This document shows, piece after piece, positions 1 through 9,351 of a stretch of DNA of 64,000 bases (within the stretch, counting starts at the first letter, position 1; each line of letters opens with the position of its first letter). The notes below the pieces were generated by a model. That model was given only the letters and a program-made list of their open reading frames with translations. It searched no databases and was not told the DNA's origin. The stretch is from Klebsiella phage N1M2: sequence record MN642089.1, one strand, 5' to 3'. Position numbers and translations under genes: made by a program.

Positions 1-706
1 TGGTGTTGAACCAATAGGTATTTGGAATACTGAAGTCTTTACCACGCTGGGTCGTAATGGACTCAGGAAGGTTAGAAGTAATTCCAGGAACATTGGCTTC
101 ATCCAGAACTAATTCATAAATGAATAGTGGATAGGTTCCAGTACCAAATGAAGCATCAGTGATTTTAACTGTACCTGATTCGAGAGTATCGTAATCAATG
201 AAAGTTAAAGATTCACGAGAGGTAACGTATTCATTAAAGAACAAATCACCAAAGGCAGCCATTGGACCACTGATGGTTTTTGCTTCTTCTTGAGAAAGCA
301 GAACACCATAGTTATTAAGCCACTTACACCACAGTAAACCGTGATCTACTTTGTTGGCTTTAACGTAAGCTTTCAAGTTATCCAGGTCTTCGATCTCGAT
401 CAATGGAACGGCGAAGTCTTCCAGGATATCTTTCATTTGTACACGAGTGATGTCGACGTCAACACGTGCAAAACCGGTTTTGCGCGCTGTAAAGCAAACG
501 CGAGTAATACCATCAGGGAAAGCAACTGGGTTCTCAATAACTAAGTCACCAGCAACCAAACCTGTGTAACGTTCTTTAGCTAACGCCAACTCATCTTCAG
601 GTCCTTCAACCTCAAGACGTTTTATACGTTCTTTCAAGAAACGTTCTACTGGTGTGTATAACGGATCGTTAATACACTTTTTGTTAATCTTAATTTGCTC
701 TGCCAT
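1..706 (-). CDS. hypothetical protein, 3' end runs off window; paralog of CDS 12725..13330
   Basis: ATG at 706 preceded by AGAGGA SD; translated N-terminus (MAEQIKINKKCINDPLYTPVERFLKERIKRLEVEGP...RVCFTARKTGFARVD) aligns residue-by-residue with 12725..13330 product (INDPVFLSARKFMVDRIAKLEAAGP...RCCFLSRKTGFFRAD). Confidence 0.5.
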   Translation of the reverse strand, partial: MAEQIKINKKCINDPLYTPVERFLKERIKRLEVEGPEDELALAKERYTGLVAGDLVIENPVAFPDGITRVCFTARKTGFARVDVDITRVQMKDILEDFAVPLIEIEDLDNLKAYVKANKVDHGLLWCKWLNNYGVLLSQEEAKTISGPMAAFGDLFFNEYVTSRESLTFIDYDTLESGTVKITDASFGTGTYPLFIYELVLDEANVPGITSNLPESITTQRGKDFSIPNTYWFNT

Positions 707-819
707 CAGCAGGGTCCTCTTTTATATGAAAAATCTATACTTTACATTTTAGAAGCAAATGATTCTAAGCCTCATACCATAATAATGAGAGCCCAGGTTA
801 CCCCAGACTCTCATTCATT

Positions 820-3636
820 TTATTTAGTTTTCAAATCAATAACTAATGGATAGTAAAGTGGGTCAGGTGAAGGGAATCTGAATTTAGCATCTGCATAATA
901 AGAAGTTCTTCTTTTCTTATCTGCAATAACCTCAACATATCCAATACCTGTTTGACGGTCATAAATAAGATCGATTGTTCTTACTTTCGTGTTGATATTG
1001 TTCTTGAAGAAATCATCAATACGAATGAACTTAGGATTCTTACCACTGGCATCTTTAAACTGCCACTTGTAAACTAATGTTCCCGACTTGGTAAACTCAT
1101 GACCTAAATAAGAAGCTGTTGCTGCAGGAGCATAATACTGCTGTCCTGTTTTAGCTTCGACAGTTAGCGAAGTACCAATCACTCTCACTTCAAAATTCAC
1201 ATCGAAAGGCATAACACCATTAACATCTTTCAATGGGAGTGTGTGGGTAATGATACCAGTTTTATCATTATAAATGAAGTTACTGGCTTCTTTGGTAAGA
1301 TTGTTTATTTTAACACCGGCACTAGAAGGTCGAGTCGATCTCAGTTGGTAACTAAGAACTAAGTCGCCATTCTTAAGTTCATAACCTAAGTACTCAACGT
1401 TAACTTTCAGTTTAGGTTCTTCAGTGTGAAGTAATTTGAACCATTGATCGTGAACACCATCCTCAGTTTCTATTCTGAGTTTAATATCCAGTCCGTAGTT
1501 TAGCTTGGCGTCCTGGTTATATTCACAATCAACGGCAAAGTTGAGATTACCAGTTTCTGGATCATAGCTTTCAGAACGACGGAGGTTTGAGATCCCCTTT
1601 ACATTCTCACCCAAAACAACAGAAGTTATTTTAACAGAAGGTGGGATTTCCCCGTTCTTAAGTATGACACCTAAGTTAAAGTTAAGTGAGTTCTTAATCA
1701 CACTAATGGCGTTAGTTTTCAATGAAACCGGAAATGAATCAGACCCGAATGTAGTAGACGATTCGAAATCGTATTCTGGGTTATCTCTGTAACCAGCCAG
1801 GTAGACCTTTCCTTTAAGGGTATGGGTTTCTTTGAAGCCGGTGGTTTCTACTTTGGTCAATATAGTCAATCGACCATTATGATAACCAGATTTAATGATT
1901 CCAGTGGATTTACCATTAACTTCAACTTTATTACTAACCATTACCATATTGGCAGGCGATGAGCCATCTTCAAACTTAGGTTCGAATACAGCCTTTTCAA
2001 TACCACCAATGACGGTATGTTCAATCACAGTAAAATCAATCTTACCTTCATCGGTAGGGATATTAATGTAATCCACAGTCTTGATATGAAGTGGTATTTT
2101 TCTTAGCACATTAGTTTTCACTAAAGCAGTACCAATCAACTCTACTTCTACAGCTTCTTCTTTCTGTTCATTCAGAATAAAGAATCCATTAACAATGTTG
2201 GGGTTCGTATCGTGTTTTTGAACGACATTGTTACTAGAAGGAATACGGTTGATCAACAAGCACAGTGAAGTGGCATCGATAGACACTATCTTCTCATTAG
2301 AAACCAGTGAGAAACTATAATCCATTCTGTCGGATTCATTTCTTATAATCGCCTCATTAAAGATGGCAATTGGTTTAGCCGTAGCTTCAACAAACCAAGG
2401 AACCATTTTATTATCGATAATGAAATGACCACGAAGGTTATAATGAAGTTCTCTACTGTTATCCACTACGACTTCCCAGGTAGCGATAAATTCATTACTA
2501 CCTTCAATCCAATTCAATCTTGGAGCAGCTGACCCGATTAAATGACTAACGAAGTCTGCTGGAGGAACGTGTAGATTCTGGAGAAGATAATTGGAATCTT
2601 CCTTTGAGGTTACCTTAAACCGAGCTTGAAGTGTATTATCTCCTAAGGTGGTAGAGATTAATTCTGCCTTATATGTAGATTGATGGTCATAATCCACAGA
2701 CAGATTAAAATCGATAGGTGGATAATTTTCACCTTTGGCTTTGGTAATAAAATTGTAATTCAACGTACCTTCTGGGATAACCCCCACCACTATATCGAAC
2801 TCGTATAGACCAGTGCGAGGATCGTAATTGATACTGTTAGGTTTTACAATACCAGTTGGAACATTATTGCCATATAGGAAAGGTGTCTCAAGAGAGAATG
2901 AACTCGGTGGTAGATTGGTATCAGCCCACTTAACTTCCATCATTACACGCAATGTTCTTTCTTTGAGAACTTTACTAATAACTTTATAGTTGATTGTTTT
3001 AGTTCTTTCTAGTCGACCATTGAAAGAAACTACAGTTCCAGGTTGGTCAGGTAAGGATCTTACTTCCGAACTATATTCCATATCAGCATACATAGCTCTG
3101 CTCTTAGCCTGGTAGGTCGCCACCAATATACCATCGATAGGATTATAAGTTTGCGTTAGTACTTTGTTACTAATCAGGTTACCTGTTGGCTTAGCTTCAT
3201 TATCCAAGCAGGCGAACTCAGGGATCTTCCCATTGGTTCTTTCTACTTTTAATGTCACTATCAGTTTATCGTCATGGAATCTAAATGAGGACGACTTGAT
3301 TAGTAAAGCCGGTTCTGGGATTCTGAGTTCTTCAGAATGTTCAAAAGGTGTTGAATATTTCTCACCTTCTATGATGTAACTTCCTTTGACTTTAAAAGGA
3401 ACATCCACATCTGGGTTTGTTTCCGGTTCTACTTTGAACACTGTTCTGTAAGTACCGGTATTTAAATCGTAACCTTGAGAAACCGGATCACCATCTAAAC
3501 CAATTACATTATTAAGGAAAACCCGTTTAGGATAACCACCCCTTGTATAACGAACAACGTGTTCTATAACTAGGTGATCAAACCCTTCTCTTTTTATTCC
3601 TCCACTAAGATATATAGTGGTTGGGTGATCGATCAT
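820..3636 (-). CDS. large hypothetical protein (938 aa), possibly structural
   Basis: long ORF, strong SD GGAGGAAGT immediately upstream of ATG; no recognisable catalytic motifs. Confidence 0.6.
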   Translation of the reverse strand: MIDHPTTIYLSGGIKREGFDHLVIEHVVRYTRGGYPKRVFLNNVIGLDGDPVSQGYDLNTGTYRTVFKVEPETNPDVDVPFKVKGSYIIEGEKYSTPFEHSEELRIPEPALLIKSSSFRFHDDKLIVTLKVERTNGKIPEFACLDNEAKPTGNLISNKVLTQTYNPIDGILVATYQAKSRAMYADMEYSSEVRSLPDQPGTVVSFNGRLERTKTINYKVISKVLKERTLRVMMEVKWADTNLPPSSFSLETPFLYGNNVPTGIVKPNSINYDPRTGLYEFDIVVGVIPEGTLNYNFITKAKGENYPPIDFNLSVDYDHQSTYKAELISTTLGDNTLQARFKVTSKEDSNYLLQNLHVPPADFVSHLIGSAAPRLNWIEGSNEFIATWEVVVDNSRELHYNLRGHFIIDNKMVPWFVEATAKPIAIFNEAIIRNESDRMDYSFSLVSNEKIVSIDATSLCLLINRIPSSNNVVQKHDTNPNIVNGFFILNEQKEEAVEVELIGTALVKTNVLRKIPLHIKTVDYINIPTDEGKIDFTVIEHTVIGGIEKAVFEPKFEDGSSPANMVMVSNKVEVNGKSTGIIKSGYHNGRLTILTKVETTGFKETHTLKGKVYLAGYRDNPEYDFESSTTFGSDSFPVSLKTNAISVIKNSLNFNLGVILKNGEIPPSVKITSVVLGENVKGISNLRRSESYDPETGNLNFAVDCEYNQDAKLNYGLDIKLRIETEDGVHDQWFKLLHTEEPKLKVNVEYLGYELKNGDLVLSYQLRSTRPSSAGVKINNLTKEASNFIYNDKTGIITHTLPLKDVNGVMPFDVNFEVRVIGTSLTVEAKTGQQYYAPAATASYLGHEFTKSGTLVYKWQFKDASGKNPKFIRIDDFFKNNINTKVRTIDLIYDRQTGIGYVEVIADKKRRTSYYADAKFRFPSPDPLYYPLVIDLKTK

Positions 3637-3714
3637 ACTTCCTCCGATATCGATACTGTTTGGACATAGAATCTGATAAAGAGTCCCTGGACGAACCCAG
3701 GGACTCTAATATCA

Positions 3715-4452
3715 TTAAGGTTCTATAACTAACGTGGTTCTGACACTACGTGAGCTGCATTTAACATCGGCATTACTAAACCATACTTCATAGTTAGTGC
3801 TGCTTTTGTTAGCAACATATGTGGTAAAGGTCACTGTTTTCTCATCAATGATCTTAGCGTCTCTGATCCAGTTAAATGTATTGGATCTCCCAGCAGCCTC
3901 ACTATACGTATAGTCTCGTTGTACAACCAACTTGTCTGATGTTATACCATCCTCAGGAAGTTTGACTGTCCACACCCCCAGGTTTCTTTCTTTGTCATAG
4001 ACAACTGAAACTTCGCCTGGGCCAACAGGAATATAATCGAATTCTGTTCTAGACGTATACTCAACACCGTCAGCTAATATAACTATATTAGTGGCCGCGC
4101 TATCTGGCTTATTGACGATATTTATATGAGCACGCAGACTGGTTTCTCCAAAGAGACCGTTTTCTCTCTTCCTTATTTTTAACGGACCAGTACCGCCCCA
4201 GATACCGGGCTCAAATCCTTTTACTTCCCACTCATTAATATAGGTAGTATTCCCTTTCTCATCAATGACTCTGAATGTTCCAAGTACTGAAGATTTGACC
4301 ATGTTATCCCATTCGGTAACTAGTTGGTTACCTCCTGTATACCCATAGCGCTGTTCAAATAAGATTGCAGGTCTACCCATATAACCATTGACCGCTCCAA
4401 ATGAAAATAATAACTGTTTTAAGTCAACAATGTGACCATAGGATCCGAACAT
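3715..4452 (-). CDS. hypothetical protein (245 aa)
   Basis: ORF in same-strand operon downstream of HEG; start directly follows GC hairpin. Confidence 0.5.
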   Translation of the reverse strand: MFGSYGHIVDLKQLLFSFGAVNGYMGRPAILFEQRYGYTGGNQLVTEWDNMVKSSVLGTFRVIDEKGNTTYINEWEVKGFEPGIWGGTGPLKIRKRENGLFGETSLRAHINIVNKPDSAATNIVILADGVEYTSRTEFDYIPVGPGEVSVVYDKERNLGVWTVKLPEDGITSDKLVVQRDYTYSEAAGRSNTFNWIRDAKIIDEKTVTFTTYVANKSSTNYEVWFSNADVKCSSRSVRTTLVIEP

Positions 4453-4455
4453 AGA

Positions 4456-4479
4456 GTAGGGTGGCTTCGGCCACCCTAC
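4456..4479 (-). terminator. perfect GC-rich hairpin GTAGGGTGGC-TTCG-GCCACCCTAC downstream of homing endonuclease gene
   Basis: 10-bp perfect inverted repeat with TTCG tetraloop seen directly in sequence. Confidence 0.6.
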
Positions 4480-4494
4480 TCATTATGATCTTAA

Positions 4495-5292
4495 TTAAAG
4501 TTCGAAGTCATTGAATGCGCCTTCTGCAACATTGGAATCGATTTGACCTACCAGGTAAGAACTAACCAAAGATTGTTTATCATGGGAGAAAGCCCAGCCA
4601 TTAACAATCTTCTTTCCATTAGATTTTAGAGCACGCCCTATCGATCTCCTAGATATTCCCAAGATTCCAGCACATTCATGGCTCGATTTGAATAACACGA
4701 GTTCAGTCCTGTCACTTATCTCAAGACCATAGAACATTTTACTTGTTCTGGTTCCGCTGTTATTAACTGAAAGTCCCTCTAATGTTATTTTCCATGTGTG
4801 GTCTAATAAAGTATCTTTATATTTATTGACAATCATTGTGCCTGAGACATTGGGAGTTCCAGCCCATCTTGATAGTTCTCGCAGAGAGTGTAGAGTGATG
4901 ACTTTTCCTGTCTTTACATTCTCTATCTTTATATGTTGGCTTGCTTTATTAAGTCCTGTCTTATATGCATGGAAGATGTTATCTGAATTGGTAGTCCATT
5001 CAAGATTGCTCTTAGTGCAGTCTAATTTATTACCATTAATGTGATTACAAGTTATTAGTTTGCAACCTTCTGGAAGATCTGGCCTTGGGCCATTAAATAT
5101 GGAACACACGGTGACATGAATAGTTATATAAGCCTGAACACCATAATCAGAGACGAGATTAACTGAACGATATCCATTACGGAGAAGGTCTTTCATTTTA
5201 AATTGGTCTTTCTTTCTCCTAACATCACCATTTTCATTTATCTCATAATTAGAGAACCCAGGTATGATTATCCAATTATCTTTATTATCCAT
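4495..5292 (-). CDS. HNH-family homing endonuclease (NUMOD4-like N-term, HNH core CNHINGNKLDCTKSNLEWTTNSDN, C-terminal HTH), free-standing downstream of nrdB; C-terminal 24 aa copy the NrdB tail
   Basis: motifs WIIIPGFSNYEINENGDV and C-x-H-x-N-G-N-x-x-D...N-L-E-W; start taken at second Met (GAGGT SD 5 nt upstream) because first AUG (5310) lies inside hairpin arm with no SD; six-frame ORF is 4495..5310. Confidence 0.8.
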   Translation of the reverse strand: MDNKDNWIIIPGFSNYEINENGDVRRKKDQFKMKDLLRNGYRSVNLVSDYGVQAYITIHVTVCSIFNGPRPDLPEGCKLITCNHINGNKLDCTKSNLEWTTNSDNIFHAYKTGLNKASQHIKIENVKTGKVITLHSLRELSRWAGTPNVSGTMIVNKYKDTLLDHTWKITLEGLSVNNSGTRTSKMFYGLEISDRTELVLFKSSHECAGILGISRRSIGRALKSNGKKIVNGWAFSHDKQSLVSSYLVGQIDSNVAEGAFNDFEL

Positions 5293-5304
5293 GAATACCT
5301 CATG

Positions 5305-5332
5305 CCCCATTTACCCAATTGGGTAAATGGGG
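5305..5332 (-). terminator. perfect hairpin CCCCATTTACCC-AATT-GGGTAAATGGGG between nrdB stop and HEG ribosome-binding site
   Basis: 12-bp perfect inverted repeat seen in sequence; abuts SD of HEG. Confidence 0.6.
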
Positions 5333-5343
5333 ATGTTGTTTAT

Positions 5344-6489
5344 TTACAGACTAAAATCCGCAAAGTCATCAGTGTCGACTGTTGAATCAATTTGCCCCAC
5401 AAGATAGGAGCTGATCTCAGCCTCCTGTGGGGCCACCTGAACGTTGTCAGACACCAACCAGGAGTTAATCCATGGGATTGGGTTAGTGGTAGTTGTAAAT
5501 GGCATACCGAGCCCGATAGCGTTCATACGGATGTTCGCAATGTATTCAACATACTGGCACAGGATCGGCTCTGACAGACCAATCATAGAACCATCTTTAA
5601 ACAGGTATGCTGCCCATTCTTTTTCTTGCTGTACAACTTCCAAGAACATGTCGATTGATTCTTGTTTGCATTCTTCAGCAATTTCAGCCATCTCTGGATC
5701 ATCAGCACCATTTGCAAACAGATTCAGGATATGCTGAGTGCCAGTAAGGTGGAGAGCCTCATCACGTGCGATGAGTTTGATGATCTTAGCATTACCTTCC
5801 ATCAGCTTACGTTCTGCGAATGCAAACGAGCAAGCGAATGATACATAGAAACGAATAGCTTCCAGGGCGTTAACTGATTGAATACACAGATAAAGCGCTT
5901 TCTTAATCTCACGCAGGGTAACGACAACACGTTTACCATTAACAGTGTGAGTACCTTCACCCAGGTAATAATACTGCTGGGTTAAAGCAATCAGTTTATC
6001 GTAGTAACGGGACACCGCACCAGCACGACGGGTGATGTGTTCGTTATCCACAACATCTTCAAACACGATAGAAGGATCGTTAACGATGTTACGGATGATG
6101 TGGGTATAGGAACGAGAGTGAATCGTTTCTGAGAAGCCCCAGGTCTCTGCCCATGTTTCCAGTTCTGGAATACTGATAATCGGAAGGAAGGCTACGTTAG
6201 GCCCACGACCCTGTACGGAATCCAGAAGCGTCTGATATTTGAGGTTACTGATGAAGATATGCTTTTCATGTTCCGGAAGGTTCATGTAGTCAATACGGTC
6301 ACGAGTAACGTCAACTTCTTCAGGACGCCAGAAGAAAGACAGTTGCTTTTCAATAAGCTTTTCAAAGATACCGTGCTTTTGTTGGTCATAACGAGAAACG
6401 TTAACGTTCTGACCCATGAACATGTGTTCTAACAGTTGGTTGTTTTTATTTTGGTTAAAAGTTGAATAGCCGGACATGTTTAACTCCAA
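5344..6489 (-). CDS. nrdB: ribonucleotide reductase class Ia small subunit (beta, R2)
   Basis: long identical stretches to E. coli NrdB as recalled ([92 protein letters not shown]-terminal [13 protein letters not shown] tail). Confidence 0.95.
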   Translation of the reverse strand: MELNMSGYSTFNQNKNNQLLEHMFMGQNVNVSRYDQQKHGIFEKLIEKQLSFFWRPEEVDVTRDRIDYMNLPEHEKHIFISNLKYQTLLDSVQGRGPNVAFLPIISIPELETWAETWGFSETIHSRSYTHIIRNIVNDPSIVFEDVVDNEHITRRAGAVSRYYDKLIALTQQYYYLGEGTHTVNGKRVVVTLREIKKALYLCIQSVNALEAIRFYVSFACSFAFAERKLMEGNAKIIKLIARDEALHLTGTQHILNLFANGADDPEMAEIAEECKQESIDMFLEVVQQEKEWAAYLFKDGSMIGLSEPILCQYVEYIANIRMNAIGLGMPFTTTTNPIPWINSWLVSDNVQVAPQEAEISSYLVGQIDSTVDTDDFADFSL

Positions 6490-6703
6490 GTAAGATTTGT
6501 TTAAGATGTTTGCACTTAGCTAATAATTATTACTCGGATAAAAGATTAAAGTTAGGCTAAAATAAATTCTTAATGAAAGACACTATCATACGTTAACTTA
6601 AACATGTTTTCACCGAAAGGTGGGAGGGAAAGGGTGGATATGTTTATATAGCGATTACGTAGTAATCATCCTTTAAAGTCTTTGGCCTTTGGTTCCAAAT
6701 CTT

Positions 6704-6733
6704 TTCAGGTAGATATTATTAAAGTGAAGTTAG
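6704..6733 (+). promoter_or_regulatory. copy of conserved phage promoter-like motif (TTCAGGTAGATATTATTAAAGTGAAG)
   Basis: member of 9-copy family, ~75 nt upstream of ATG 6781. Confidence 0.5.
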
Positions 6734-6780
6734 TACCTTAATTTAAATTTGTTGTGTGTTAAACTTTTGAAGGATTTAAA

Positions 6781-7635
6781 ATGAAAACTATTTTAGCTAT
6801 TGTAATTATGCTGTTTTCTCTTTCTTCTTTTGCTGAGGTTGATTACAGTAAAGAAGCGATGGATGCTCGTTGTGGTGATGGCCAGGAAATGATCTATTGG
6901 AATAAGATCGCTAAGACAGGTGCCGAAGTTAAAGTGTGCTTGAATGGGGATATGGTTTCTGGTGGCTTCTATATGCCTGATGGTGATGATATGGTTTACA
7001 CCTCACCATTGATACTAACCCATGTTCAAGTAACCAAAGACTATGAAGCAGTGATCGTTCAGAACTTACCTATGGCTTTCCGCTTCCAGCATAAGTATGA
7101 TGGTCGTGCTGATTATGCATACTTATTCGACATGGGTACAGAATCTGAAAACTCCCGACCTGTTGCTCTGGATCCTACCTTAGCGTATTCTAATATCATT
7201 GGACTGCGTGAAGCTAAACGTGGAACCTTCAGTATCGACCCTGTAAAGCCTGTAGAGAAGAAAGTTAAGACTACCCAGGAGAATACTCAGATCAAAACTT
7301 CTGATGCGGTAGGTGATCGCTGTGCTCCTGGTGATATCGTATTCTACGGTAAAACTGTGAAGGGTAATAAAGAAGTACTGGTTTGTCGTTGGAATGATAA
7401 TGTCTTTTATCGCTTTGGTAAAATCGGTAAGAAACCAGATATGGATTTAAAAGAAGACATTTCTAATATTGGTGTTGCTAACGAACTGGTCAGCATTCCA
7501 AATGGAGATGTTTATTATCACACTGGTTATGAGGATGGGCGTGAAGTTCTGATTGTTTCCCGCGGTAAAGACACATTAGCAACGATCGATCTTGATCAAC
7601 GCAGTGTTGTAAATAATATCAAAGCTTTATTCTAA
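6781..7635 (+). CDS. secreted/periplasmic hypothetical protein with Sec signal peptide (MKTILAIVIMLFSLSSFA|EV)
   Basis: N-terminal hydrophobic h-region plus AxA-like cleavage site; GAAGGA SD; followed by strong terminator. Confidence 0.6.
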   Translation: MKTILAIVIMLFSLSSFAEVDYSKEAMDARCGDGQEMIYWNKIAKTGAEVKVCLNGDMVSGGFYMPDGDDMVYTSPLILTHVQVTKDYEAVIVQNLPMAFRFQHKYDGRADYAYLFDMGTESENSRPVALDPTLAYSNIIGLREAKRGTFSIDPVKPVEKKVKTTQENTQIKTSDAVGDRCAPGDIVFYGKTVKGNKEVLVCRWNDNVFYRFGKIGKKPDMDLKEDISNIGVANELVSIPNGDVYYHTGYEDGREVLIVSRGKDTLATIDLDQRSVVNNIKALF

Positions 7636-7643
7636 CATACTGA

Positions 7644-7672
7644 CTGAGTGTACCCTTAAAGGGTACACTCAG
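7644..7672 (+). terminator. rho-independent terminator CTGAGTGTACCCTT-aa-AGGGTACACTCAG followed by T-rich tract
   Basis: 14-bp perfect palindrome then CTTTATATTCTATTTTCTTTTTTGTTT. Confidence 0.75.
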
Positions 7673-7723
7673 CTTTATATTCTATTTTCTTTTTTGTTTC
7701 TGAGTTCATCTGCATTTCATTTT

Positions 7724-7751
7724 AAACCGATATTATTAACGTGAGTACTAC
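7724..7751 (+). promoter_or_regulatory. copy of conserved promoter-like motif (CCGATATTATTAACGTGAGTACTAC) plus TATAG box at 7773
   Basis: matches family consensus; 60 nt upstream of ATG 7790. Confidence 0.45.
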
Positions 7752-7789
7752 GAGTACAATTTTTATAATACTTATAGGGGATTATAACG

Positions 7790-8416
7790 ATGGATCGAAA
7801 GCAAGTTTTAGTTAATATGCTCAACAAAGATCGTGCAGAAACAGTTAAACTCCTTAAAGAAAGGAAAGCTTCCGGGAATCTAATTGTTAATCCAAAGAAA
7901 GACAATTTAGGTAATGGGAAGTGGAAACGTATCGGCATCGTTACAGCAATTGCTGGGATCGTCTTTTGTGTGGGTGCCATACTTTATAAGAAAAATCAGT
8001 TTGATGGGATCGTTTCCGATATCACCAAGTCTCGTCAAGACAGGGGTGAGGGGACTGGCGGTTCAGTTATTACTGAATCTTTAAATACCTTATCTGAAGG
8101 CGAAGGTATGAAAGCCGGGATAGATGATATAGTTTATTCCGGGATAAAGGGTTTAGCTGTAGGCTCTGCCGTTGGCCTGAGCGCTGCGCTAGCAAGCGAT
8201 GGTGTTCGTGAATTAATGGGTGATGTAAAGAATATTACCTATTCTGATATTAAAGACATCAATATTGAAATTGTGGAGCGTGAATTCAGTAAATACCGCA
8301 CTTACATTATCAATAAGTATCGTCAGTTATGTAAAGAAGATTTACCTACGTTTACCGAACTAGAAGAAGGTATTAAGAAGCTTTCTTCTAAACCTATCTT
8401 ATTCACTAATTTATAA
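7790..8416 (+). CDS. hypothetical membrane protein (one TM helix IGIVTAIAGIVFCVGAILY)
   Basis: ORF with SD; hydrophobic segment. Confidence 0.5.
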   Translation: MDRKQVLVNMLNKDRAETVKLLKERKASGNLIVNPKKDNLGNGKWKRIGIVTAIAGIVFCVGAILYKKNQFDGIVSDITKSRQDRGEGTGGSVITESLNTLSEGEGMKAGIDDIVYSGIKGLAVGSAVGLSAALASDGVRELMGDVKNITYSDIKDINIEIVEREFSKYRTYIINKYRQLCKEDLPTFTELEEGIKKLSSKPILFTNL

Positions 8417-8431
8417 TAGAGAGATTCAATT

Positions 8432-8827
8432 ATGTTTAAATCTATTTGGAAAACTATTGTTAATGCAATCAAGGTTGCTAAAGCATTCATTACTGGCAAT
8501 GTCTGTAAAAACATGTCTAGCCCAGTAGTTAACTCTCGCGAAGATATGATTGTTGTCAATAAAGGCGACAAGCTTAAACTTCTGCCATGGTTATTAGGTC
8601 TGTATCGTAATAATGATTTTGATTCTAGCTATGCGTATGGCAAAGAGTTGAAAAAGAGAATGAGCATCGATATTGCTAGTTGCATGGCCACTGGTGTAAT
8701 CTGGTTCGCTGGGATGATGTTTAACCTCCCATTTAATACTGTTATCTTTATCATCATTTATGCTGCTAACTTGGCAAGATTGATGGTTCGTAATATGAAA
8801 TTGGCTCAAGCTGCTATTGATGCTTAA
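8432..8827 (+). CDS. hypothetical membrane protein
   Basis: ORF with C-terminal hydrophobic segments. Confidence 0.5.
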   Translation: MFKSIWKTIVNAIKVAKAFITGNVCKNMSSPVVNSREDMIVVNKGDKLKLLPWLLGLYRNNDFDSSYAYGKELKKRMSIDIASCMATGVIWFAGMMFNLPFNTVIFIIIYAANLARLMVRNMKLAQAAIDA

Positions 8828-8906
8828 TTTCTATATTACACTAGGTACATGTAGTACAAGAAGGAAAGTTATATGAAGTATTAAAGTCCGCTATCACTAG
8901 ACGATA

Positions 8907-8933
8907 GCACAAACTAATATTATCAAACTTATT
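8907..8933 (+). promoter_or_regulatory. promoter-like motif copy (CACAAACTAATATTATCAAACTTATTG) inside 228-bp non-coding region
   Basis: ATATTATCAAA core identical to copy at 41550; no ORF start for ~120 nt. Confidence 0.35.
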
Positions 8934-9055
8934 GAGGAATCTAGAACCGGTTTACTAACTGGTAGAATATTTTATCTTTTTCTTATTTAGTATTTATGGA
9001 TTAATATCCATAAGGGTGTTAAGCTTTAAATATTAACCACTATCAAGGATCTTAA

Positions 9056-9331
9056 ATGAAAGCATTATCTTACATTATACTTATCGGGATTATTGTCCTC
9101 CTTTATTCCGTTATGTGGAACCCAGGAGAAAGTGAGACCAGGGTACTTGAAGATCAAGGTTTGACTGAGGTACATGTTGATACCTTGAGTTTCTTTGGTT
9201 GTCCTGATGATCAGTATGGTTACAAGTTCGAAGCCACCAACCAAGCCGGTAAGAATGTGAAAGGGGTGATGTGTAAAAAACGGTGTATTCTTCGGTTCTT
9301 GGAATATCCGTTACTTCTAACGATCCTTTGA
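9056..9331 (+). CDS. small membrane-anchored hypothetical protein
   Basis: N-terminal TM segment ILIGIIVLLYSVMW; 3' end uncertain (overlaps next gene). Confidence 0.35.
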   Translation: MKALSYIILIGIIVLLYSVMWNPGESETRVLEDQGLTEVHVDTLSFFGCPDDQYGYKFEATNQAGKNVKGVMCKKRCILRFLEYPLLLTIL

Positions 9332-9351
9332 CCCAAACAAAGGAGTTTATA

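Noticed and set aside
8932-8975. Possible sigma70 promoter (TTGAGG...TAGAAT)
   Set aside because: The spacing between the candidate -35 and -10 hexamers does not fit 16-18 nt in any register. PhiKZ-type phages are also thought not to rely on host RNAP.
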